A DNA stretch of 64,000 nt from an uncultured Alphaproteobacteria bacterium (GTDB taxonomy: Bacteria; Pseudomonadota; Alphaproteobacteria; Rs-D84), in assembly GCA_946188105.1 (NCBI GenBank), contig CAMHTQ010000002.1, positions 111,973-175,972 on the forward strand, written 5' to 3'. The position numbers and the translations under genes are program-made. The notes under the pieces were generated by a model. The model searched no databases. It was not told the origin of the DNA and saw nothing but the letters and a program-made list of their open reading frames with translations. Positions 51,215-59,385 of the stretch are shown piece by piece (the first letter of the stretch is position 1; each line of letters opens with the position of its first letter).

Positions 51215-51246
51215 AAAAATTGCCGGCAAATGCCGGTAATTTTTTA
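51214..51246 (+). terminator. Terminator (CCGGCAAATGCCGG family)
   Basis: aaaaaaattgccggcaaatgccggtaatttttt. Confidence 0.75.
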
Positions 51247-51316
51247 CAGGTTTTTTATTTGCTTTTAATGTATCTTGTTGGTATATTTGCTATATGGTTT
51301 TAAAAGGTTTGTTTGT

Positions 51317-51823
51317 ATGAAAACATTTATAAAATATGCACTTATTGTTCTGGGGGTAATTTTATTAGACCAGGTTTCAAAATCAATGTTACTGTATTTA
51401 ATTACTGGTACGGTGCCATTATATGGTAATGCGTGGGATGTGGTTGGCTATCCATATTTGATGGCACATGTGTTCAGTTGGTTTAATATAGTATTTACAT
51501 GGAATCCAGGAACGTCATTTTCTTTGTTTCGTGCATTGGGTGAAATGGCCCCTTGGATTATTGCTGGCATTACAGGTTTTATAATTGGTGCTTTGTCTTA
51601 TTATATTGTAACTCGTGCAAAAAATTCAGAACGGTTACCATTGTGTTTTATCATTGGTGGTGCATTGGGTAATTTAAGCGACCGTATCCGCTTTGGTGCG
51701 GTGATTGATTTCATAGATTGGCATGTTGGAGGTTGGCATTGGCCTGCATTTAATGTTGCAGATATATTTATTGTAATTGGTGTTTGCTTATATATAATAA
51801 ATTTAGTGTTTCGTAAAAAATAA
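51317..51823 (+). CDS. lspA: Lipoprotein signal peptidase (signal peptidase II)
   Basis: Four TM helices. Conserved GNLSDR and FNVADIFI motifs (catalytic Asp residues). Confidence 0.85.
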   Translation: MKTFIKYALIVLGVILLDQVSKSMLLYLITGTVPLYGNAWDVVGYPYLMAHVFSWFNIVFTWNPGTSFSLFRALGEMAPWIIAGITGFIIGALSYYIVTRAKNSERLPLCFIIGGALGNLSDRIRFGAVIDFIDWHVGGWHWPAFNVADIFIVIGVCLYIINLVFRKK

Positions 51824-51834
51824 AGGTCAACAAT

Positions 51835-52050
51835 ATGAAACAATACAGAAACGACAATGGATGGTGGTTGTCTGATTGGGTTGTGAAAAATAAAAATAAA
51901 CCATTGAAAATATTATTGTGTTTTATTTGTATAATTGCATTTGCGTGGTTTTTTTTAGATTTTCCTAATTTCCGAATTTCACATTTAATAATTGCTATTA
52001 CCGTTGTTGGTGGTATATTTTGGGTTTATCTGGTACGTGCAAAAAAATAA
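51835..52050 (+). CDS. Small two-helix membrane protein (71 aa), hypothetical
   Basis: Lies between lspA and yidC. It lacks the YidD Cys motif. Confidence 0.35.
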   Translation: MKQYRNDNGWWLSDWVVKNKNKPLKILLCFICIIAFAWFFLDFPNFRISHLIIAITVVGGIFWVYLVRAKK

Positions 52051-52061
52051 AAGGGTAAGAA

Positions 52062-53636
52062 ATGGTTCAATATTTAGATAATAATGCAAATTCTGGATTC
52101 GCAGCATGGATGGCTGCCCAGAAAGATAATGCTCCAAAACAATCCAAGTTTGGAAAGTTTTTATGGTGGACATTTTTATTCTTGGTTTCATGGTGGTTGG
52201 TTGGATTGTTTATTGATCCACAACCTGCAACAAAAACGGTTGTTACCCCAGAACCAACGGTAACTGTGGATGTATCAAATGTTCCTGTGGAAAATATTTC
52301 ATCCAATGTAATTTCTGCAAATGTCCAAGGTCTGCGTATATCAAACATAGATTTGAAAAATTTTGCACGCAGTCCACAAGACGACAAACCAATTACATTG
52401 ATTGATGGGAATGGCTTTATCGAAATTGGTATGAATCCAAATGGCACAACCGCACCGACCGCAACAACTGTTTGGAAAAAGTCGGGCGACAATATGACTT
52501 GGCGTAATGCGGATAACCTGGAATTTTCGCGCAGTATAACTGTGGATGGTTATTTGGTTCGTGTTACAGATACAATTAAAAATAATTCAAAAAAGAATTT
52601 CAGTTTTGCACCATATGTTCGCATTGTGCGTTCTGGTGATGATTCCAGTTCTGCCGGTGTTTATACTGGATCGGTTGCGTATGTAAATAATGATATAGAA
52701 CATAATGATTGGCGTAAAATGGATAAAAAATCATTTGCATACACAACAACAAATGGTTTTATCGGTTTTGTCGATCAGTATTGGGAAACTGTTGCAAATA
52801 TAGATAACCCAGATCAAACAATGCGTATAAAAAAGCAGGGCGATTTATATGATGCCGGTACCGTTGCGGCACCTGTGAATGTTGCATCTGGTGAAACAAA
52901 AACAATAACAACAAATGTGTTTGCGGGTCCTCGTGATAGAGAAATATTAAAAGGTGCCGAAGGCACAATCAATGGAATCATCGAATCCGTAGATTATGGT
53001 TGGTTCTGGTTCTTGGCACAACCAATGTTGTGGTCAATAAATGCGATACATTCATTTGTAATGAATTATGGATTGGCAATAATTATCTTTACGATTTTAA
53101 TCCGTATTTTAATGTGGCCATTAACTCGTAAATCATATACATCTATGTTGGCAATGCAGAAAATGCAACCAGAATTGCAACGTATTCAAAAACTGTATGC
53201 AAATGATAAACAACGTTTACAAATGGAAATGTTGCGTGTGTATCAAACTCACAAAACATCACCTATGTCTGGTTGTTTGCCAATGTTGATTCAAATCCCA
53301 ATTTTCTTTGCGTTGTACAAGGCATTATTGATATCGGTTCAAATGCGTAATGCACACTTTTTATGGATATCTGATTTGGCAACAATGGATCCATATTTCA
53401 TATTGCCGATTTTGATGGGTGCAACAATGTGGTTGCAACAATATTTGCAAACTAATAAATCTGATAATTCAGATAAAAATGATATTGCTGCACAAACTGC
53501 CAAGACAATGAAATGGATGCCAATATTATTTACAATAATGTTTGCTTGGATGCCATCAGGATTGGTGTTGTATTGGACTGTATCTAATATATTTGGTATT
53601 GGTCAAATGTTGTGGTTAAAGCATAAATCAAAATAA
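52062..53636 (+). CDS. yidC: Membrane protein insertase YidC
   Basis: 524 aa. N-terminal TM, a large periplasmic domain, and a conserved C-terminal five-TM core (ILIRILMWPLT...MQKMQPELQRIQ...CLPMLIQIPIFFALY). Confidence 0.92.
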   Translation: MVQYLDNNANSGFAAWMAAQKDNAPKQSKFGKFLWWTFLFLVSWWLVGLFIDPQPATKTVVTPEPTVTVDVSNVPVENISSNVISANVQGLRISNIDLKNFARSPQDDKPITLIDGNGFIEIGMNPNGTTAPTATTVWKKSGDNMTWRNADNLEFSRSITVDGYLVRVTDTIKNNSKKNFSFAPYVRIVRSGDDSSSAGVYTGSVAYVNNDIEHNDWRKMDKKSFAYTTTNGFIGFVDQYWETVANIDNPDQTMRIKKQGDLYDAGTVAAPVNVASGETKTITTNVFAGPRDREILKGAEGTINGIIESVDYGWFWFLAQPMLWSINAIHSFVMNYGLAIIIFTILIRILMWPLTRKSYTSMLAMQKMQPELQRIQKLYANDKQRLQMEMLRVYQTHKTSPMSGCLPMLIQIPIFFALYKALLISVQMRNAHFLWISDLATMDPYFILPILMGATMWLQQYLQTNKSDNSDKNDIAAQTAKTMKWMPILFTIMFAWMPSGLVLYWTVSNIFGIGQMLWLKHKSK

Positions 53637-53647
53637 AGGTCGTATAA

Positions 53648-54694
53648 ATGTTAAGAATCATAGAAACTTTATTTGGCCCAAAAGGAATAAAAATTACGGC
53701 TGGTGAATTGGCTGAAAAATTTGGGCTGGAATTACGTGGTAACAAAGATACTGTTGTTTCTGGGGTTGCACCAATTGCGGATGCTCGTCCTGGACAATTG
53801 GCATTTTATTCCACAGAACAAAACAGCAGTGCATTTAAAATTTTACCTATTGATGTGTTGCGTAATACACGTGCCAGTGTGATATTGTTGCAACCTGCAC
53901 AAATAGATGATGCACCAAAAGGGGCAACATTATTGGTAACCGACACACCGCGTGGAAATATTGTTAAAATATTGGGCGAAATTTATCGTGAAAAACCACG
54001 TTTCGGTATCAGTCCCGATGCACATGTTGAACGCGGGGTATATTTCCGTTCTAAAAAAACAAATTACATAGGTCAATTTGCAACTGTGGAACGTGGCGCG
54101 GTAATTGAACCTGGGGTAAAAATTTATCCAGGCGCATATATCGGCCGCAATGTTACATTGGGTGCTGGAACTATTGTTTACAGCGGTGCACATATTGAAA
54201 ACGCAACAATCGGTGCAGATTGTGTTATAAACGCAAATGCCGTAATTGGAAAAAATGGTTTCGGATATACTCGTCAACAAGGTCACAATGTATTTATACC
54301 ACACGTTGGACGTGTTGTGCTGGGCGACCGTGTATCTGTTGGTTCAAACAGTTGTATCGATCGTGGCGCGATGACTGACACGATTGTAGGCGAAGGAACC
54401 AAAATTGATAATTTATGCCAAATTGCCCATGGTGTGATTGTTGGTAAAGAATGCTTTTTGGCATCTGGTGTCGGCTTGGCTGGTGGTTCTGTCATCGGTG
54501 ACAGGGTGCTGTTGGGTGGCCAGGTTGGTGTTTCCAATGGTATGCATATTGGCGATGATACCGAGGTTGGTGCAAAAAGTGGCGTTTTGCGTAATATCCC
54601 AGCCGGTGTCAAGGCAATGGGATATCCTGCGGGTGTCGGAATGGAATTCTTCCGCCACTATGCATGGTTAAGAAAACACGTAAATAACGATTAA
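53648..54694 (+). CDS. lpxD: UDP-3-O-acylglucosamine N-acyltransferase
   Basis: 348 aa. An N-terminal domain followed by left-handed beta-helix hexapeptide repeats (IG.N..IG.G. pattern). Catalytic His region NLCQIAHGVIVG. Confidence 0.85.
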   Translation: MLRIIETLFGPKGIKITAGELAEKFGLELRGNKDTVVSGVAPIADARPGQLAFYSTEQNSSAFKILPIDVLRNTRASVILLQPAQIDDAPKGATLLVTDTPRGNIVKILGEIYREKPRFGISPDAHVERGVYFRSKKTNYIGQFATVERGAVIEPGVKIYPGAYIGRNVTLGAGTIVYSGAHIENATIGADCVINANAVIGKNGFGYTRQQGHNVFIPHVGRVVLGDRVSVGSNSCIDRGAMTDTIVGEGTKIDNLCQIAHGVIVGKECFLASGVGLAGGSVIGDRVLLGGQVGVSNGMHIGDDTEVGAKSGVLRNIPAGVKAMGYPAGVGMEFFRHYAWLRKHVNND

Positions 54695-54782
54695 AAAAAA
54701 GCCGGCAAATGCCAGTTTTTTCGGGCCCCGCAAAATTGCAAAATTTTGTGGGTATAATCTGCCGGCAAATGCCGGTTTTTTA
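54693..54782. terminator. Cluster of three hairpins, two of them CCGGCAAATGCC[GA]G family, between lpxD and the convergent lipoprotein gene
   Basis: gccggcaaatgccagttttt (54701-54720), ccccgcaaaattgcaaaattttgtggg (54725-54752), and ccggcaaatgccggtttttt (54762-54780). Confidence 0.6.
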
Positions 54783-54944
54783 AATGAATAAATCCCATGG
54801 AACCAAAACTTTCATTTCTGTTTGGCTATCATATACTGGGTCATGGGTTTGTTCTGTGTCGGGCTGTTTGGCCGAAGTCCAATTGGCAATTTTGCCACAT
54901 CCAGAAAACAGAAATAAACAACTTAACAGCATTACGATTTTCAT
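54780..54944 (-). CDS. Small lipoprotein (about 54 aa)
   Basis: The internal start gives MKIVMLLSCLFLFSGC, a lipobox LFSGC with +1 Cys. The upstream portion of the track ORF lacks an RBS. Confidence 0.4.
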   Translation of the reverse strand: MKIVMLLSCLFLFSGCGKIANWTSAKQPDTEQTHDPVYDSQTEMKVLVPWDLFI

Positions 54945-55010
54945 ACTTAAATTATACACTTTTTTAAGCATAATTTCAACATGTGTGAAATTATCCCAAA
55001 AATAAAAAAA

Positions 55011-55030
55011 TACCGGCATTTGCCGGTATT
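55011..55030 (-). terminator. Terminator of the porin gene (CCGGCATTTGCCGG, inverted family member)
   Basis: aaaaataccggcatttgccggtattttt, a palindromic stem with A/T runs on both sides. Confidence 0.75.
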
Positions 55031-55034
55031 TTTA

Positions 55035-56054
55035 CTAGAAAATAACCTTTAATGCTGTGGATAAAAATGGTGTTTTTGATGTTAAACCAATAGATGTCCA
55101 CATTTGTAAATATTCACTATATTTATAACGGAAAGAACCAATAACACTATTGTCATTATAATTCTTGATATCGCTATGCCATATACCTGTTTGTGAATAC
55201 ATATAGGTTAAAGATACAGAATAATTTAATATATCATAACTGACACCGGTTCCAGTTGAAATTCCATCCCCAGTATTTCCAACAGGGTTTTTATCATATA
55301 TCGCCAATACGGATGTTCCCCATATCCAACTGTTGTATTGTAAATTAAAACCGACAGATGCTTGGGAACGCCAATCTGCTGTAACTTTTGGTGTATATGT
55401 TGTGTGTTCAAATTTATGTGGTTTATCTATAAATGATGCACCCAACGATAATGCAGATTTTAATTTACCATCAGGGAATCTGAATTTTACACCGCCATCC
55501 ACTGCATAATTAAAATCTTTGCCAAAACCAGCAACTGACAAACCATACTGACCAACATTTGTTGGAACACTAACCAAATTTATACGTGGCGAATCATGTC
55601 CTGACGTAACACTGGTATGTGGAATAACGTGACCTTCGGGTTTTATCTTTTTATAAAACAAAGGTTTATGATTTACACGCAATCCGCCAACATCAGGCAA
55701 CCCAACACCTAATTTATGTGCCGCAGATTCAGTAAAACCGACCTCAATACGACCGAAATCGCGCGATTCCCACAAACCAAATGCATCGTGTAAATAATTA
55801 TGTTCATCCACCGCGTCAGCATCCAGTTCATAGATAAATCCCAATGTCTGTCCCGCAGCCACAGCATAATTATATTGGGCCCTTACATCAAAATCGCCAA
55901 GGAAAAGGGTATTATTAAAATCTGGTTCAATGATACCGGCCGTCCCAGATGCATTTATTTTGAACGCATTACGACCATCAGAAAACTGCAAAGCATTTGC
56001 AGAACCCAATGTTGCAAAAGTCAATAAAGTCCCAACAAATGCAATTTTTTTCAT
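55035..56054 (-). CDS. Outer-membrane beta-barrel porin-like protein (339 aa)
   Basis: Signal peptide MKKIAFVGTLLTFATLGSANA. Alternating beta-strand pattern, Gly/Tyr-rich. C-terminal ...ALKVIF ends in Phe. Confidence 0.7.
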   Translation of the reverse strand: MKKIAFVGTLLTFATLGSANALQFSDGRNAFKINASGTAGIIEPDFNNTLFLGDFDVRAQYNYAVAAGQTLGFIYELDADAVDEHNYLHDAFGLWESRDFGRIEVGFTESAAHKLGVGLPDVGGLRVNHKPLFYKKIKPEGHVIPHTSVTSGHDSPRINLVSVPTNVGQYGLSVAGFGKDFNYAVDGGVKFRFPDGKLKSALSLGASFIDKPHKFEHTTYTPKVTADWRSQASVGFNLQYNSWIWGTSVLAIYDKNPVGNTGDGISTGTGVSYDILNYSVSLTYMYSQTGIWHSDIKNYNDNSVIGSFRYKYSEYLQMWTSIGLTSKTPFLSTALKVIF

Positions 56055-56968
56055 CAGTTCTCTCCATTTGTTTCTTTTAATATTGCATCACGCAATTTGG
56101 AATAGGCACGTTCTTCGATTTGACGTACCCTTTCGCGTGAAATACCATATTTTTGTGATAAAGATTCCAATGTCGCAACAGGTTCACTTAATCTGCGTGC
56201 TTTTAAAATTTCTCTGTCGCGTTCAGGCAATTCCGCTAAATGTTTGCGTAATAATTCGAATCCCTTTTTTTTGAATTCTAATTGTTCGATATTATCTTCG
56301 ATACTGACACTATCATCAGATAAATTTGACAATATATCATGTGCATCAGAATCGTTATGCGCTGGTGCATTCAAAGAAACATCCCTGGCACCCATACGCG
56401 TTGACATACGCGAAACATCCGACTCAGAAACATTCAAAAAGTCCGCAATTTGCTTGGTTTGTTCGTTGTTTAACGTGTTATCCATAATGCCCAACGCACG
56501 TTTAGCACGGGATAAATTAAAGAAAACACGTTTTTGATTTGCCGAAGTCCCAATTTTTACAATGGACCAATTATTTAAGATAGTTTCATAAATCTCGGCC
56601 TTTATCCAAAACATAGCATATGTAGAGAATCTGAACCCACGTTCCGGATCAAACTTTTGTAGTGCCTGCATCAAGCCCATATTCCCAGAAGCAATCAAAT
56701 CGCCAACCGGAATACCATAATTTTTAAAATCGTATGCCACCGACACAACCAAACGCAAATGGCTGGCAACCAGCTTTTCTGCGGCCACCGAATCCTTGTT
56801 TTTAACCCATTGGCTGGCATATTCATATTCTTGTTCTGCGGTCAAAACAGGGTATTTTTGAATGCTTTGAATATATTGAGCCAACCCCGATTCGTCACTG
56901 ACACCACGTGCGGCGACAATGCTGGGATTTGCGGTTGCTGGTAAAGTATTCTTGATTTGCTTTTTCAT
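56054..56968 (-). CDS. rpoH: RNA polymerase sigma-32 (heat-shock sigma factor)
   Basis: Sigma70 region 2 (LRLVVSVAYDFKNYG), the RpoH box NQKRVFFNLSRAKRAL (Q[RK]K-LFFNLR), and a region 4 HTH (ESLSQKYGISRERVRQIE). Confidence 0.9.
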   Translation of the reverse strand: MKKQIKNTLPATANPSIVAARGVSDESGLAQYIQSIQKYPVLTAEQEYEYASQWVKNKDSVAAEKLVASHLRLVVSVAYDFKNYGIPVGDLIASGNMGLMQALQKFDPERGFRFSTYAMFWIKAEIYETILNNWSIVKIGTSANQKRVFFNLSRAKRALGIMDNTLNNEQTKQIADFLNVSESDVSRMSTRMGARDVSLNAPAHNDSDAHDILSNLSDDSVSIEDNIEQLEFKKKGFELLRKHLAELPERDREILKARRLSEPVATLESLSQKYGISRERVRQIEERAYSKLRDAILKETNGEN

Positions 56969-57020
56969 AACTTTTATAGTATATCATAAATTATGAATTA
57001 TCAAGAACAGGAGATAAAAA

Positions 57021-57686
57021 ATGGCAAGTATCCTTGAAAGGAAAAAAAACATGAAACCGGCAACACCAACCAAAAAAACACGCGAAGATTATGCCGAAGA
57101 CGCACTGTATCGCGAGGTTTGGGAGGATGTTAACAACGAAAAAACAATCGCATTTTTCAAAAAATATTCCAAACAAATGATTGGTGGGGTGTTGGCAATA
57201 TTGATAATTGTTGCTGGTTATCAGATTGCTGTTCGTGCACATCGTGCGAATCAGATGGCAATGGCTGTAAATTATGAAACTGCATTGGAAAAAACAGATG
57301 TCAAAGCATTGGCATCTATCGGCCAAGAGGGCAGTGGTGCAACCGCTGACTTGGCTTTGTTCCAGGCATACAATATGTCTGCAAACAAAGATGTTAAAAA
57401 ATTAGAAGAATTGGCAGAACATGGAAATACTCGTGATTTTCGTGATCTTGCTCGTTTATATGTCATAAATTTGCGCGGTGATGAAATGACAGGTCAACAG
57501 GTTGAAAAATATCTGTCCAGTTTGAATACTAAATCTTCACCATTTTACTATACCGGTATGTTGACAATTGCTCAAAAATATTTGGCCGAAGGCAATTCAG
57601 ATGCTGCAAACAAATGGTTGGATAAAATTTTATCTGACTCAGATTGCCCAGCAGAAATTACTGGTGTCGCACAAACATTAAAGTAA
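57021..57686 (+). CDS. Membrane-anchored TPR-like protein (YfgM-like), 221 aa
   Basis: Basic N-terminus, a TM helix (MIGGVLAILIIVAGYQIAV), then helical repeats. Its position immediately upstream of a BamB-like lipoprotein mirrors the conserved yfgM-bamB pairing. Confidence 0.5.
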   Translation: MASILERKKNMKPATPTKKTREDYAEDALYREVWEDVNNEKTIAFFKKYSKQMIGGVLAILIIVAGYQIAVRAHRANQMAMAVNYETALEKTDVKALASIGQEGSGATADLALFQAYNMSANKDVKKLEELAEHGNTRDFRDLARLYVINLRGDEMTGQQVEKYLSSLNTKSSPFYYTGMLTIAQKYLAEGNSDAANKWLDKILSDSDCPAEITGVAQTLK

Positions 57687-57693
57687 GGCAGAA

Positions 57694-58431
57694 TTGATGC
57701 GTAAATATGCATTACTGTTTTGTTGTATTTTGGCTTTATCGGGTTGTGATAAACATGACCCGATTTTGCCAGGTGTTCGTACCGCAATATTTGATTCTGG
57801 GTCAAAACAAAATGTTTTGAATACAAACGTTCCAGATTTACCTGATTCGGTGCCAACACGCAAAAAAACAGAATGCAATTATACGATTGATAGCACAAAT
57901 ACGATTCGCGATGGTGATAGAAAAATATTTGTTGGTTTTCCTGCACCAAATTCAATGGATGTAAAAACATATCCTGTATGTGATGGTGGATATTTATATG
58001 CCGGATTAAATACAGGTAATGTTGTAAAAATTGCACCGAAAACTCGTCAAATTGTATGGATGGCTGATGTGTACAGCGAATCGAATATGATGGGTGGTGC
58101 TGCCACTGTTGATATTGTTGCACCAATTGTGTTGGATGGTAACTTTGTTTATGTTGGCGGAATGGGCGATGCTTTTTGTAAATTAAATGCAAATTCAGGC
58201 ACAAAAAAATGGTGCGTTGATATTGGAACCAGATATGAATTTGTTGTATTGCAAAATGTTGTATACATCGTTGGTTTGGACGATATGCTGTATGCTGTGC
58301 GTGGTTCAGACGGTGCAATATATTGGAAAACAAATCTGGAAAAGACCGGCACACCAAAATATGAAAATAAAATCATAACTGTGCACAAACAAAAATTCAA
58401 TGCATCAACTGGTGAAAAGATAAAGAAATAA
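57694..58431 (+). CDS. bamB: BamB-like PQQ-repeat outer-membrane lipoprotein (short, 245 aa)
   Basis: Lipoprotein signal MMRKYALLFCCILALSGC. Repeated beta-propeller blade motifs (GNVVKI...TRQIVW, NFVYVGG...SGTKKW, VVYIVGLDDMLYAVRGSDGAIYW). It is about 40% shorter than typical BamB. Confidence 0.5.
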   Translation: MMRKYALLFCCILALSGCDKHDPILPGVRTAIFDSGSKQNVLNTNVPDLPDSVPTRKKTECNYTIDSTNTIRDGDRKIFVGFPAPNSMDVKTYPVCDGGYLYAGLNTGNVVKIAPKTRQIVWMADVYSESNMMGGAATVDIVAPIVLDGNFVYVGGMGDAFCKLNANSGTKKWCVDIGTRYEFVVLQNVVYIVGLDDMLYAVRGSDGAIYWKTNLEKTGTPKYENKIITVHKQKFNASTGEKIKK

Positions 58432-58433
58432 TT

Positions 58434-58468
58434 AAAAAATCTGACAGGTTATGTCAGATTTTTTTTAA
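58434..58468. terminator. Bidirectional terminator
   Basis: aaaaaatctgacaggttatgtcagatttttttt. It contains the TGA stop of the minus-strand gene. Confidence 0.75.
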
Positions 58469-58789
58469 ATATTTATATAAAGCATTTGGTGTTTGTATCC
58501 AAAAATTTTTTAATCCAATTGCAGTTTTTACAAAGTTGACACATGTTCCAGCCCGCATATTAAAACCCATCGGATTTTGTTTCAGATAAATAAAAACCCA
58601 ACCATCAGATTCCAGTTGGGCAATACCACGTTTGGTAATTGGAATTTGTTTAATACAATTTCGTTTTACAAATTGAAATAAAACCAATTTCCCAGCATTC
58701 TGTGTAATAACCACACAATGTTTAAAATGCCCACAAAATAACCGCACCCAAATACGATATGTTTTGTCAGAAAAACCAATAATTATCAT
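58454..58789 (-). CDS. Hypothetical protein (111 aa), possible NlpC/P60-LRAT-like fold
   Basis: His motif GHFKHCVVIT and C-terminal GTCVNFVKTAIG resemble the LRAT/H-rev107 His...NCEHFV arrangement. This is a weak recognition by eye. It is last in the minus-strand transcription unit headed by the T4SS genes. Confidence 0.35.
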   Translation of the reverse strand: MIIIGFSDKTYRIWVRLFCGHFKHCVVITQNAGKLVLFQFVKRNCIKQIPITKRGIAQLESDGWVFIYLKQNPMGFNMRAGTCVNFVKTAIGLKNFWIQTPNALYKYLKKI

Positions 58790-58807
58790 TTGAAATACCT
58801 CGCTATT

Positions 58808-59155
58808 TTAATCAATCCAACCCTTTTTTCTGGATGCATTTTCTATAATTTCCATTGCACATTTCCAAACATATGCATCGTGATTTTCTGCCCAAATATA
58901 TTGATGTGGCGCACGTCTTTTATCGCCATATTTTTTCATAACAGCCAGATGTTCTTCGGTCAAAGCCCCTGATAAATATAATTTTGTTATCATGGTTTCT
59001 ACATCCAATAATTCGCAAATTTTCGTGGCAGAACAACGATGATTTTGTATAAATCCAGATTGAACAGATTTAGAATAAATAAACCAAAACCACATTTGTT
59101 CAGCGGTATGGAATTTTTCTGTGTTGTTATAAGTTTGTTGTTTTACATTGTTCAT
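58808..59155 (-). CDS. Hypothetical protein (115 aa)
   Basis: ORF with a Trp-rich N-terminus (MWFWFIYSK). No known motif. It has its own promoter region with dyad symmetries upstream (59156-59330). Confidence 0.4.
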   Translation of the reverse strand: MNNVKQQTYNNTEKFHTAEQMWFWFIYSKSVQSGFIQNHRCSATKICELLDVETMITKLYLSGALTEEHLAVMKKYGDKRRAPHQYIWAENHDAYVWKCAMEIIENASRKKGWID

Positions 59156-59329
59156 TTTTTTCTCCTTTATACATTGTTATTTATAAAAAAATAAAAGATA
59201 TTTGCCAAATACTACAACCTGAGGTTGTATATCGAATCGAAAAACAGGAAAGATAGCAATATTTTCCTATTTTGATTCGAATCGAAAAACATCTTTGTTT
59301 TTTCTTTAACCTGTTTTTATATGGTTGTT

Positions 59330-59369
59330 AAATAAAAAAACACACATCATTTTGATGTGTGTTTTTATT
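59330..59369. terminator. Terminator of the virB8-9-10 operon
   Basis: aaataaaaaaacacacatcattttgatgtgtgtttttatt. Confidence 0.75.
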
Positions 59370-59385
59370 CTAACCACCAGATTAA

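Noticed and set aside
51835-52050. Calling the small ORF between lspA and yidC as YidD
   Set aside because: It lacks the conserved Cys-rich YidD motif (CRFxPSCSxY). It is kept as a hypothetical membrane miniprotein.
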